A stretch of DNA of 32,000 nt from Candidatus Saccharimonadota bacterium (GCA_002952755.1 CP025011.1:780001-812000), one strand, 5' to 3'; counted from the stretch's first letter, positions 1 through 8,790 are shown. Numbers and translations: made by a program. The notes: generated by a model from the sequence alone, not told the origin.

Positions 1-2
1 GG

Positions 3-749
3 TTTGGCGGACATCAAGATGAACCGCCAGCCGCTGTCGGATACTATTCCATAGGATATAGCGATCACCGGGAAAATTGGGGTAGTCTTAAGCTCAGGTC
101 AGAGGTGATATCACGCGACGCATTTGCCGCCGCCACAGCGCTTCTTCTTCCTAAAGGGCTCGGCGACGTGCTCAAAGAACGGCACATGTATGCCGAAGCA
201 AATAAACAAGCTTTGTACGATATATTCACCAAAGTAGTCGATGCCACGCCTGGCGGTAGTCGGTTTGCTGCATTTGCTATTGCAGACCCTTATAAACTTG
301 CGCCTCCGACGATGACGGATAGACTCGTTCGGCGTACTAGCCTGACCGATTTTGCACTTCGTACCTATGGCCCCGATCAGCAGAATCATCGTATACCAAA
401 TATAATGGGTCGGCGATATGTCGAAAGGCACATGCGATCGTTTGAAGACGAGCAGGTGTTGCGCAGAGAGATCGACAGCGGCAGCACTGCGCTGCGTGGG
501 CTTCAGCAATATAGCGATATGGTGCTAGCGGAAAACTGGCGCCCTGAGGGTGTAGCCGTCGTCGAACAATTTCCCAATGGTGAGCGGGGCGAGATCACCG
601 AAATCTACAGCGACCAAAGTGTGCATAGGTACGATACGTTTCAGGTAGCATTCAATGATATTGACAACTCGCAGCTACCCCGGCGAACAACCAGTCGCTT
701 GATCAACTTTCGCGAGATACCTATATGGAGGCGGTCGCGGGAGGCTTAG
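3..749 (+). CDS. hypothetical protein, probably 5'-truncated by the window edge
   Basis: The frame is open from nt 3, with no stop before the tracked GTG at 105. The stop is TAG at 747-749. AGAGG directly abuts the GTG at 105, leaving no usable SD spacing, so the gene likely starts upstream of the window. No family motif recognised. Confidence 0.4.
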   Translation, partial: FGGHQDEPPAAVGYYSIGYSDHRENWGSLKLRSEVISRDAFAAATALLLPKGLGDVLKERHMYAEANKQALYDIFTKVVDATPGGSRFAAFAIADPYKLAPPTMTDRLVRRTSLTDFALRTYGPDQQNHRIPNIMGRRYVERHMRSFEDEQVLRREIDSGSTALRGLQQYSDMVLAENWRPEGVAVVEQFPNGERGEITEIYSDQSVHRYDTFQVAFNDIDNSQLPRRTTSRLINFREIPIWRRSREA

Positions 750-2233
750 ATGAAAGGGCTCGGTCCTATCCTGAGCTGCGCAGTAAGGTCATTGACTCTC
801 TACGGGATACATTCTTGCACTCATCTATTGAAGGAATGAATCTGGTGAGTGGCGGTGGAGTAAACGCGTTCCTTGAGTTTTGTAAGATTGTTGACGACGG
901 TCGCAACTTTGATGATGATCTTACAGGGGGATATTCCGAAAGGGTACCCTACCCATTCCAAGAAGCTGGACTCCCGACGCACGGTTCGGAGCAAAAAGAA
1001 AACGCTGCAAGCAAACGGCTTATTGGCACAATAGAGAAATATGATCAGCCCATACCTGGCGCAGTAAGAATATTACAAGCAGAGCACTCAACAGGACCAG
1101 AGACGAAAATTGGCCGGGGTATGCCGGATGAGATAGAGGTTGACCTCATTCTTAAGCTTATCCATTTTAAAGGCTACCCTTCCGTACCAGGCTATAAGCT
1201 GGTGGCAATTGACCCACTGAAGAAACGTTACTATTTTAATTACGATGCCGATAATGATCCTTATCTGCCAGATGAAACACCTCTAAGACCAGAAGCCATC
1301 TCCCGCCTCATACAAAACTATGTTCAGGCAGAACACTACGAGCTCATGCAGGCTATAGCCGAACAAGAAGGGCTAACCCTTTCGCAGTGCATTCGACTAT
1401 CGCAACAGCATAGCGCCCACAGGTATCGGAAGATCTTTGAGCCAGACCTAGGCCCCACCCTTACGAACATGGCGGCCTTCCGTTCTTTTATTCACGACGG
1501 TCAGCTACGGGGTACATGTCATATCTTCAATCAGTTCGGCGCTTTTTCGGAAGGTGTATTATGGCCAGAAGATCGCGCTTTTGTAACAGGTGGCTTTGTG
1601 CTTGACGCGGACGCTAAGGCAATCAGTGCTGTCGGCCACGCGCAGGTAGCAAGAATCAGCAATTCGGGCAAAGCGACCTTAACTGACTGGTCGCCAATCG
1701 AAGAGGGAGATCCGGAGTATCGTTATAAAGGGAGCCTGGATAGCAACCAAGAAAAACCACCACTAGAATCTCGATGGTCCACTCCTGCAGGCGAGGCCTC
1801 GCCTGTTACACTCAAAGACCAGGTAAATACAACTGTTCGTAGCCTACTGGGACAATTAAGCATCTTATTCATGCCCGAGCTTGGCGCCACGGCTCCCAAA
1901 GATCTTATATTCCAAAAGATCAAAGGGCTTGGGTACGGGCATCCAATAACCGAAACTATAGGCGCACTTCTAAGAGCCAAAGATGCGCTAGAACAGCACG
2001 AAACTTTACCAGACGAATGTGTACAAGCACTTTTGGGTGCAGCTGCGAAACTAGAGCAGGAAAGGGAGCGGAGTAACGTACGGCGGCAAGCAAGGCCAGA
2101 CCTGGACATGCTCAACACGACACTACAGACCGTTATAACCCACCTAGACCTTAGGGGGCAGGTTGATAGGCTCCAAGGGATGATAGAAATAGGTGTCGTA
2201 GCAACCTCACCCCGGCAAGGTCTCAACTTTTAG
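725..2233 (+). CDS. hypothetical protein with a transglutaminase-like (papain-fold) Cys-His-Asp core
   Basis: 502-aa ORF that overlaps the previous ORF by 25 nt. Residues 262-323 read RGTC265HIFNQFGAF..x..FVTGGFVLD..x..VGH305AQVARISNSGKATLTD321WSP. The order and spacing (C-40-H-16-D) match transglutaminase-core domains. The rest of the protein is unrecognised. Confidence 0.5.
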   Translation: MEAVAGGLDERARSYPELRSKVIDSLRDTFLHSSIEGMNLVSGGGVNAFLEFCKIVDDGRNFDDDLTGGYSERVPYPFQEAGLPTHGSEQKENAASKRLIGTIEKYDQPIPGAVRILQAEHSTGPETKIGRGMPDEIEVDLILKLIHFKGYPSVPGYKLVAIDPLKKRYYFNYDADNDPYLPDETPLRPEAISRLIQNYVQAEHYELMQAIAEQEGLTLSQCIRLSQQHSAHRYRKIFEPDLGPTLTNMAAFRSFIHDGQLRGTCHIFNQFGAFSEGVLWPEDRAFVTGGFVLDADAKAISAVGHAQVARISNSGKATLTDWSPIEEGDPEYRYKGSLDSNQEKPPLESRWSTPAGEASPVTLKDQVNTTVRSLLGQLSILFMPELGATAPKDLIFQKIKGLGYGHPITETIGALLRAKDALEQHETLPDECVQALLGAAAKLEQERERSNVRRQARPDLDMLNTTLQTVITHLDLRGQVDRLQGMIEIGVVATSPRQGLNF

Positions 2234-2236
2234 AGA

Positions 2237-2264
2237 TTACAAATAGTTGGCACTCATGTATACT
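2237..2264 (+). promoter_or_regulatory. candidate sigma70-type promoter for secY (TTACAA-16 nt-TATACT)
   Basis: Hexamers at 2237-2242 and 2259-2264 lie in the 62-nt gap upstream of the secY ATG at 2296. Confidence 0.35.
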
Positions 2265-2295
2265 AAGTGCAAGAAAAAGGGATAGAGACAGACGC

Positions 2296-3786
2296 ATGAA
2301 CTGGAAAACTATTGGAAAATCGCTTGGCCACAAGGACATGCGCAAACGTATATTTGCTGTCCTGGGCATCTTGTTAGTATTTCGCATTATGGCGCACATC
2401 CCGGTGCCGCTAGCTGATCCAGCTACCCTTAAGCAGGTTTTGAATAACCTATTTACTGGCTCTAATACTCCTCAACTGCTTAGCTTCATTAACATCTTAT
2501 CGGGTGGAGCATTGGCTAATTTCTCGATCATGATCGCTGGACTGGGGCCATACATCAACGCCTCGATCATCATGCAATTGCTTACCAAAGCAATTCCGAA
2601 GCTGGAGGCACTTCGTAAAGAAGGCGAATATGGTCAGCGCAAAATCAACCAGTACACCCGCATCATTACGTTCCCGCTGGCTATTTTGCAGTCGATCGGC
2701 GCAATCTATCTTATCCGCACCACTGCCAGCCAGATTAGTGGTATCGGCGACATTACCGCTAACGCTTCTTTTGGGCAATGGGCTTTGATGGTTGGTGCAC
2801 TCACTGGCGGTTCGATGCTCCTTATGTGGTTAGGAGAGCTGATTACCGAGCGTAGCATTGGAAATGGCATTTCACTGATCATTACCGTCGGCATCGTGAG
2901 TGGGCTGCCTACCACAATAGCGACGCTTTACCGGATAATCTTCGACCAGACTAGTACTTGGCACCTCTTTGGCCATACGGTACATGCGAGTGCTAAGGGA
3001 GCGGCCTATACCGCAATTATCGCCGTAGCCGTGATAATCGTTACCTGGTTTGTCGTGAAGCTTAACGAAGCAGCCCGGCGCATTACAGTCAATTACGCTA
3101 AACGTGTGCAAGGCAATCGCACCTACGGTGGCGTCACCACTGTATTGCCCGTCAAGCTCATTAGCGCCGGTGTGGTGCCAATCATCTTTGCGGTAGCGTT
3201 CTTAAGCGTACCGAGTTTCGTCGGCCAACTGCTCGCGCATAACCATAGTCTGCGGCTGCAGCATCTGGGCGCCAACCTTTATACGTGGTTCCAAACGCCA
3301 TCGGCTACCACTTTCGCCTCGTATGGTTGGAAGGCTTACATCTACCCAGTAGTTTACTTCCTGCTCGTATTTATCTTTACATTCTTCTACACCAGCGTGA
3401 CGTTCAATAGCAAGGAAATTGCCGAGAACTTGCAAAAACAGGGCGGCTTTATCGAGGGCGTGCGTTCTGGCGTGCAGACTGAAAAACACTTAGGCAAGAT
3501 TGTAAATCGATTGACACTCTTTGGCGCGTTTAGCCTGGGTATCCTAGCGCTACTACCGATCATTGCCCAGATCTTCCTGAGTATTAACATTGCCATCGGC
3601 GGCACCAGCGTATTGATCTTGGTGTCCGTATCGCTCGAAACATTGCGCGCTGTCGAATCGCGCGCCCTAATGGTCACCTACGATCAATACGCCCGCGCTG
3701 ACTTCTTTCACGAAATGAGCGACGAAGACATAGAGAGCCCCAAAAAGCGCCGCTTTAGCCTCCTGCCTTTCAAGCGCAAGGTCTAG
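2296..3786 (+). CDS. secY: preprotein translocase subunit SecY
   Basis: Polytopic 496-aa protein with canonical SecY blocks: GLGPYINASIIMQLL, GNGISLII and GGFIEGVRSGVQT. It is roughly 50 aa longer than typical SecY and has a charged C-terminal tail (HEMSDEDIESPKKRRFSLLPFKRKV). Confidence 0.95.
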   Translation: MNWKTIGKSLGHKDMRKRIFAVLGILLVFRIMAHIPVPLADPATLKQVLNNLFTGSNTPQLLSFINILSGGALANFSIMIAGLGPYINASIIMQLLTKAIPKLEALRKEGEYGQRKINQYTRIITFPLAILQSIGAIYLIRTTASQISGIGDITANASFGQWALMVGALTGGSMLLMWLGELITERSIGNGISLIITVGIVSGLPTTIATLYRIIFDQTSTWHLFGHTVHASAKGAAYTAIIAVAVIIVTWFVVKLNEAARRITVNYAKRVQGNRTYGGVTTVLPVKLISAGVVPIIFAVAFLSVPSFVGQLLAHNHSLRLQHLGANLYTWFQTPSATTFASYGWKAYIYPVVYFLLVFIFTFFYTSVTFNSKEIAENLQKQGGFIEGVRSGVQTEKHLGKIVNRLTLFGAFSLGILALLPIIAQIFLSINIAIGGTSVLILVSVSLETLRAVESRALMVTYDQYARADFFHEMSDEDIESPKKRRFSLLPFKRKV

Positions 3787-3892
3787 CCTGCTGAAAAACT
3801 TAATAGGGCGTATCCAGTGTTAAATTTGTCACAGTTTAGTGATCCTATTACCGTATTCTGAGCACGAAGCTACATAATCATATTGCGGTACT

Positions 3893-4507
3893 ATGTCTCA
3901 TGGCTGTATAGTAGGTTCCGAATTAAAAAGGGATGATGATTTCGTCCAACGGAGAAATATGTCTATTGGATTCGCAGAAATCGGATGGGATGTTACGTGT
4001 GACTATGAATCTCATAGTCCTCCTTTGGTTGGAAAAATCGATCCCACTGCAAAGCATGTGGTTATTGATGTTCCAGACGAGGATCCGCCAGGCGTCAATG
4101 CGATTGAGATCGCCCGCCATGCAGTTGGAATATATATGCACGGCCACCCCTTAGTGGACCTTGCTACACTTGGAATCTCAGAGACCGTTACCAACGCTCA
4201 CTACCCCAATAAAGACCTCAAGAACCCGAAGGCATGTCAAATCACATTCGATAGAGACGACTCCGATCGGGTCCAAGTCCGCGTAACGAATGCCGCAGGC
4301 CCTAGCCAGTGGGGGGAAATCCAGGACTCTCTCGATGCGGCCGCTAGCGGAGGAGATCTAGGCAGAGAGGATCATAGAGGACTTTCCCTTATAGCTTCCC
4401 TTCTAGATACAAAATTACACTGTGGCGTTCTGATAGAGGCTAATACCGTTGCCTTCTTTGCTACAATCGGTTTCTGCGTTTCATCTCAACTTGAATTAGA
4501 TATATAA
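3893..4507 (+). CDS. hypothetical protein with GHKL / HATPase_c_2-like motifs (RsbW/SpoIIAB-type anti-sigma Ser-kinase fold, possibly degenerate)
   Basis: 204-aa ORF with three collinear motifs: N-box ISE97TVTN101A, a G1-like strand VQVRVTNAAGP (Asn where the usual Asp sits), and a G2-like HRGLSLIASLLD. No SD is visible. M23 (nt 3959) is an alternative start. Confidence 0.55.
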   Translation: MSHGCIVGSELKRDDDFVQRRNMSIGFAEIGWDVTCDYESHSPPLVGKIDPTAKHVVIDVPDEDPPGVNAIEIARHAVGIYMHGHPLVDLATLGISETVTNAHYPNKDLKNPKACQITFDRDDSDRVQVRVTNAAGPSQWGEIQDSLDAAASGGDLGREDHRGLSLIASLLDTKLHCGVLIEANTVAFFATIGFCVSSQLELDI

Positions 4508-4527
4508 CCAGTCAATCTACACGGGTA

Positions 4528-4556
4528 TTGTAATTGCTTGCCGCAGCTGATATAAT
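4528..4556 (+). promoter_or_regulatory. sigma70-type promoter for infA and downstream genes (TTGTAA-17 nt-TATAAT)
   Basis: Near-consensus hexamers at 4528-4533 and 4551-4556, 20 nt upstream of the ATG at 4576. The promoter lies inside the 5' extension of the tracked ORF (start 4534), which argues for the 4576 start. Confidence 0.5.
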
Positions 4557-4575
4557 TGGTGTTAAGTTATACCTT

Positions 4576-4797
4576 ATGGCAAGTAACAAGCAAGTCATCG
4601 AGTTGACAGGGACAATTATTGAGACTCTTCCGGGTACTCAGTTTCGTGTCGAGCTGGAAAACGGCCATCAGATTATAGCTCACGTCGCCGGTAAGATGCG
4701 GAAACACTACATTCGCATCGTGCCAGGAGACAGCGTTACGGTCGAGTTGACCCCTTACGATCTCACGAAGGGCAGAATCACGTATCGCAAGGGCTAA
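4576..4797 (+). CDS. infA: translation initiation factor IF-1
   Basis: 73 aa: [73 protein letters not shown]. This is a canonical IF-1 S1/OB sequence and length. Confidence 0.93.
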   Translation: MASNKQVIELTGTIIETLPGTQFRVELENGHQIIAHVAGKMRKHYIRIVPGDSVTVELTPYDLTKGRITYRKG

Positions 4798-4860
4798 GCC
4801 CTACATCATCATCAAATTAATGCAGTGTGTTATGCATCTCAAGGAAGGAGCATGATCCGC

Positions 4861-4998
4861 ATGAAAGTGCGTGCAAGTGTCAAAAAGATCAGCCCTGACG
4901 ATAAGCTCGTCTGGCGGCGCGGTCGTGGGAAAAAATCCAAGGCCAAGCTGTACGTTATTAACAAACTTAAGCCTAAGCACAAGCAGCGGCAGGGATAG
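4861..4998 (+). CDS. rpmJ: 50S ribosomal protein L36 (Cys-less, insertion-containing form)
   Basis: Too short to appear in the ORF track. My own translation is [45 protein letters not shown] (45 aa). The L36 termini MKVRASVKK and PKHKQRQG are conserved. SD AAGGAAGGAG at 4841-4850. It sits in the canonical position between infA and rpsM. Confidence 0.85.
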   Translation: MKVRASVKKISPDDKLVWRRGRGKKSKAKLYVINKLKPKHKQRQG

Positions 4999-5004
4999 GT
5001 AGAT

Positions 5005-5391
5005 ATGGCACGAATTTCCGGTGTTACTATTCCGAGTGAAAAGCAAGTGTGGGTGGCCCTTACCTACGTGTTCGGTATCGGACCAAAGAGCAGCAATGAC
5101 ATTCTCGTTGCCGCCAAGGTCGAACCAACCGTTCGCGCCAAGGACCTCACCGATGCTGAAATCGGACGTATTCAAGAAATAATCAATGCAAAGTATGTAG
5201 TAGAAGGTGAGTTGCAGCGCATCGTTGCCGGCAACATCAAGCGCCTGAAGGACATCAACGCTTACCGCGGCTTACGCCACAAGGCCAGCCTGCCATCCCG
5301 CGGTCAGCGTACCAAGACCAATGCACGTACTCGCCGTGGTAAAAAGGTGACGGTCGGCGGCACCGCTAAGAAGGTTGCTTCGAAGACCTAG
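5005..5391 (+). CDS. rpsM: 30S ribosomal protein S13
   Basis: MARISGVTIP..ALTYVFGIGP..INAYRGLRH..LPSRGQRTKTNARTRRG is a canonical S13 sequence. Confidence 0.97.
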   Translation: MARISGVTIPSEKQVWVALTYVFGIGPKSSNDILVAAKVEPTVRAKDLTDAEIGRIQEIINAKYVVEGELQRIVAGNIKRLKDINAYRGLRHKASLPSRGQRTKTNARTRRGKKVTVGGTAKKVASKT

Positions 5392-5406
5392 GATAAGGAT
5401 ATAGAT

Positions 5407-5814
5407 ATGGCAGATACATCTTCGACAACAGCCGCTGCGCCCAAGAAAAAGAAATCCAAGCGGAGCGTTCCTACCGGCCAAGTACACATTTTGGCCACAT
5501 TTAATAACACCATCGTAACATTTACCGACTCGCATGGCGCCGTCCTCACTGCCTGCAGTGCAGGCGCTTGCGGTTTCCGCGGTTCTAAAAAAGGTACCGC
5601 CTACGCCGCCCAGGTTGCCGCTGAAAAAGCTGGCAACGCTGCCAAACAGCAGCACGGCCTCGGCAAAGTAGACGTGTTCTTAAAGGGTGTGGGCCTCGGC
5701 CGCGACGCCGCAGTGCGCACGCTTCAGAACCTCAACATGCAAGTAGAAACGATTACCGACGTAACTGGCGTGCCGCATGGCGGAACACGTGCGCGTAAGG
5801 CACGAAGGGTTTAG
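5407..5814 (+). CDS. rpsK: 30S ribosomal protein S11
   Basis: GQVHILATFNNTIVTFTD..GFRGSKKGTAYAAQ..DVTGVPHGGTRARKARRV is a canonical S11 sequence. Confidence 0.97.
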   Translation: MADTSSTTAAAPKKKKSKRSVPTGQVHILATFNNTIVTFTDSHGAVLTACSAGACGFRGSKKGTAYAAQVAAEKAGNAAKQQHGLGKVDVFLKGVGLGRDAAVRTLQNLNMQVETITDVTGVPHGGTRARKARRV

Positions 5815-5823
5815 GATACAGCT

Positions 5824-6450
5824 ATGGCAAGAGATACTCGCTCAATCGTAAAAATGTCCCGCCGCGAAGGCTACGCTTTGCACCCCAAAGCTCACAAAGC
5901 GCTTGTTAAGCGCCCCACGCCTCCCGGCCAGCATGGCAACAGCCGTGGCGGCGGTCGCCGCAACCAAACCAGCCAGTATGCACTGCAACTGCGCGAAAAG
6001 CAGAAGGTAAAGCGCTTGTACGGCCTGCTGGAAAAGCAGTTCAGCAACTTAATGAAGGAAGCTACTCGCCGCGAAGGCCAATCTGGCCAGATTTTGCTGC
6101 AGCTGCTCGAACAGCGGCTTGATAACACCGTCTACCGCGCAGGTTTTGCACCTAGCCGCCGTGCTGCACGCCAGCTGGTGACTCACGGTCACTTTATGCT
6201 CAATGGCGTGCGGGTCGACGTTCCGTCTATCCGTGTCAAAGCTGGCGATGAACTCATTGTTCGTAAGCACAGCAAGGGAAGCGAATACTTCAAAAAACTG
6301 GATGATGTTAGCCCTGCTCCTCCCACCATTCCTGACTGGCTTAAGACTGACCGCAAGAAGATCAGTGTCAAAGTCACCAGCCTACCTACCCGCGAAGACG
6401 CCGAACCAGATCTGAACGAACAATTAATCGTAGAATACTACTCACGCTAA
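5824..6450 (+). CDS. rpsD: 30S ribosomal protein S4
   Basis: SQYALQLREKQKVKRLYG, RLDNTVYRAGFA.SRRAARQLVTHGHF.LNG (S4 domain) and a LIVEYYSR end. Confidence 0.97.
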   Translation: MARDTRSIVKMSRREGYALHPKAHKALVKRPTPPGQHGNSRGGGRRNQTSQYALQLREKQKVKRLYGLLEKQFSNLMKEATRREGQSGQILLQLLEQRLDNTVYRAGFAPSRRAARQLVTHGHFMLNGVRVDVPSIRVKAGDELIVRKHSKGSEYFKKLDDVSPAPPTIPDWLKTDRKKISVKVTSLPTREDAEPDLNEQLIVEYYSR

Positions 6451-6464
6451 GGAGGCTGTGTACA

Positions 6465-7418
6465 ATGTCTAAAACAATTCACACACCAGGGTTAGTGCAA
6501 GTAGACGACCATAGTGCATCTAGCAGCACCTTCGTCGTCGAGCCGCTGCACAGTGGCTATGGCATGACGCTCGGTAACTCGATTCGCCGTGTGCTGCTCT
6601 CGAGCATCTCTGGTGCCGCAGTTACCAGCTTTAAGATCGAAGGTGCAACGCACGAATTTACCACGGTACATGGCGTGAAAGAAGACGTCGTGGATATTAT
6701 GCTCAATCTCAAAGGCATTCGCTTCCGCGTGTACGGCGACGAACCGCAGCAGGTTCGCATCGTGAAGAGCGGCAAGGGTGCCGTTACCGCTAAAGACATC
6801 CAGGTGAATGCTGATGTCGAAGTGGTAAATCCCGAGCACGTTATTGCTACGCTCGACGACGACAAGGCAAAATTTGTCGTTGACCTCGTTGTCGAAACCG
6901 GCCGCGGCTACCGCACTGTCGAAGAAGGCGCTACCAAAAAGGCGAGCGACTATGTCGCCCTCGACGCTGTCTTCAGCCCGGTTCTTCGCGTTCGCTACAA
7001 AGTGGAAAATACTCGTGTTGGCCAAATGACCGACCTAGACAAACTCTTGATTACTATCGAAACAGACGGCACCATTACACCGCGCGACGCCTTCGAAGAA
7101 GCCGCAGCCATCCTGGTCAATCAATACACCGCGCTCGCAGGTAAAACCCGCGTTGAAAGCACCGAAGTTGCACCATTTGGCGCTGCTGCCGGTGGCGCCC
7201 GTCTCGGTGACGACAACGGCGACGAGCCTGCAGCACTGAACACATCAATTGAAGATTTGAATTTAAGCGCACGCACTACTAACGCCCTAGTCAATAACGA
7301 CATTCACAGCATCAAAGATTTGTTTAGCTTAAGCGATGCAGAACTCCGAGACCTCAAAGGTTTTGGCAGCAAAGCTCTCGACGAGGTGAAAGAAAAGTTA
7401 GCGGAGTTGGAGCTTTAA
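6465..7418 (+). CDS. rpoA: DNA-directed RNA polymerase subunit alpha
   Basis: N-terminal domain (GMTLGNSIRRVLLSSI) and C-terminal domain (IEDLNLSARTTNAL..I..DL). SD AAGGAGG lies upstream. Confidence 0.97.
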   Translation: MSKTIHTPGLVQVDDHSASSSTFVVEPLHSGYGMTLGNSIRRVLLSSISGAAVTSFKIEGATHEFTTVHGVKEDVVDIMLNLKGIRFRVYGDEPQQVRIVKSGKGAVTAKDIQVNADVEVVNPEHVIATLDDDKAKFVVDLVVETGRGYRTVEEGATKKASDYVALDAVFSPVLRVRYKVENTRVGQMTDLDKLLITIETDGTITPRDAFEEAAAILVNQYTALAGKTRVESTEVAPFGAAAGGARLGDDNGDEPAALNTSIEDLNLSARTTNALVNNDIHSIKDLFSLSDAELRDLKGFGSKALDEVKEKLAELEL

Positions 7419-7419
7419 G

Positions 7420-7884
7420 ATGCATCGTCATTTTGGATACAAAGGCCGCAAATTTCACCGCGAACGCGATCAACGCACCGCGCTCGTGAAGGGTCTTGCC
7501 GATTCGCTCGTCAAGTACGAAACAATCGAGACCACCTTGCCCAAGGCCAAAGAGGTGGTACCCTATGTTGAAAAATTAATTACCAAGGCTAAAAAGGGCG
7601 ACTTACACAATCGCCGCCAAGTGATCTCCGACTTACAAACAGTCACCAGCGCCCACAAATTAGTGGACGAGATTGCTCCGAAGCTCACTGGTCGCACCAG
7701 CGGTCACTTGCGCATCACCAAGACCAACACACGTCGCGGCGACAACACGCAGATGGCTCGCATCAGCTTTGTTGATGACCTTAAGGAAGCTCCTGTCGCC
7801 AAACCTGCGGCGGCCGAAAAGAAGCCCGCGGCCACTAAAACTCCTGCCAAAAAGGCCGATAAAGCCCCAAAGGAGACTAAGTAA
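7420..7884 (+). CDS. rplQ: 50S ribosomal protein L17 with a K/A/P-rich C-terminal tail
   Basis: RKF.RERDQRTALVKGLA.SL..YE.IETTL.KAKE, followed by an APVAKPAAAEKKPAATKTPAKKADKAPKETK tail. Confidence 0.95.
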   Translation: MHRHFGYKGRKFHRERDQRTALVKGLADSLVKYETIETTLPKAKEVVPYVEKLITKAKKGDLHNRRQVISDLQTVTSAHKLVDEIAPKLTGRTSGHLRITKTNTRRGDNTQMARISFVDDLKEAPVAKPAAAEKKPAATKTPAKKADKAPKETK

Positions 7885-8324
7885 TGAAGACTTACAGCGC
7901 TAAACCGAGCGACGTTACACGCAAGTGGTATGTCATCGATGCTTCAGAAGCCACCCTTGGCCGCGTTGCTACACAGGTCGCAACGCTGCTACTGGGCAAA
8001 GGCAAGCCAATGTTTACTCACCACATCGACACCGGTGACTACGTTATCGTTGTTAACGCTGCCAACGTGCAGCTTACTGGCGGTAAACTAGACAAGAAGA
8101 TGTACTACCGCCACAGCGGTTTCCCTGGTGGCCTTACCGAGCTCACCATGCGTGAAAAACTCGAGAAAGATCCTACCAGCGCTATCTTCCAGGCAGTGCG
8201 CGGGATGCTCCCTGTTAACAAATTGCGTGATGGCCGCTTAGACCGTCTCAAGATTTACCCAGGCGCCGAGCATAACCACGATGCCCAAAAGCCTGAAAAA
8301 ATCGCCGTAAAGGAAGGCAAGTAA
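7884..8324 (+). CDS. rplM: 50S ribosomal protein L13
   Basis: RKWYVIDA...LGRVATQVA.LL.GK.KP.FT.H.D.GD.VIVVNA is a canonical L13 sequence. The start overlaps the rplQ stop (TAATG). Confidence 0.97.
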   Translation: MKTYSAKPSDVTRKWYVIDASEATLGRVATQVATLLLGKGKPMFTHHIDTGDYVIVVNAANVQLTGGKLDKKMYYRHSGFPGGLTELTMREKLEKDPTSAIFQAVRGMLPVNKLRDGRLDRLKIYPGAEHNHDAQKPEKIAVKEGK

Positions 8325-8325
8325 T

Positions 8326-8727
8326 ATGGCAGCTACAAACGATTACTTCTACGCACTCGGCCGCCGCAAGAGCGCCACTGCGCGCGTACGCCTCAAGGGC
8401 GGCAAAGGTTCCATCACCATCAACGGCAAGCCAGCCGAAGAGTATTTTGCTGGCAGCCAGGCGCTTCTCACCAAGCTCAACATGCCTTTTACAGCCATTG
8501 AGCAAGAGAATAAGTTTGACATCACCGTACTCGTAGATGGTGGCGGCCAGGCAGGTCAGGTTGATGCAATCCGCCTCGGCATCGCCAAGACGCTAGTTCT
8601 TATGAACGAGGACCTCAAGGGTACACTCAAGCGCGCCGATTTGCTCAGTCGAGACCCCCGCGAACGCGAACGCAAGAAGTTCGGTCTCAAGGGCGCCCGC
8701 AAGCAACGCCAGTTCACTAAACGCTAG
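8326..8727 (+). CDS. rpsI: 30S ribosomal protein S9
   Basis: GRRKSATARV.L..G.G.I.ING, G.GQAGQ..AIRLGIA..L and SRDPRERERKKFGLKGARK.RQFTKR. Confidence 0.97.
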   Translation: MAATNDYFYALGRRKSATARVRLKGGKGSITINGKPAEEYFAGSQALLTKLNMPFTAIEQENKFDITVLVDGGGQAGQVDAIRLGIAKTLVLMNEDLKGTLKRADLLSRDPRERERKKFGLKGARKQRQFTKR

Positions 8728-8790
8728 TGCTCTAGTGGACAGAACAATTTATGTTTTTTGTCCATTGATATGCATAGCAGATGACATAGT

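Noticed and set aside
4534-4575. Upstream ATG giving an 87-aa IF-1.
   Set aside because: The TTGTAA-17-TATAAT promoter lies inside this extension. The 73-aa form matches canonical IF-1 length and N-terminus.
4801-7025. Minus-strand ORFs of 100-177 aa overlapping the ribosomal and rpoA genes (for example 4801-5175 and 6492-7025). Similar antisense ORFs overlap other genes (1723-2226, 27841-28350).
   Set aside because: They are antisense shadows of strongly supported, highly conserved plus-strand genes. None shows a motif or an SD.
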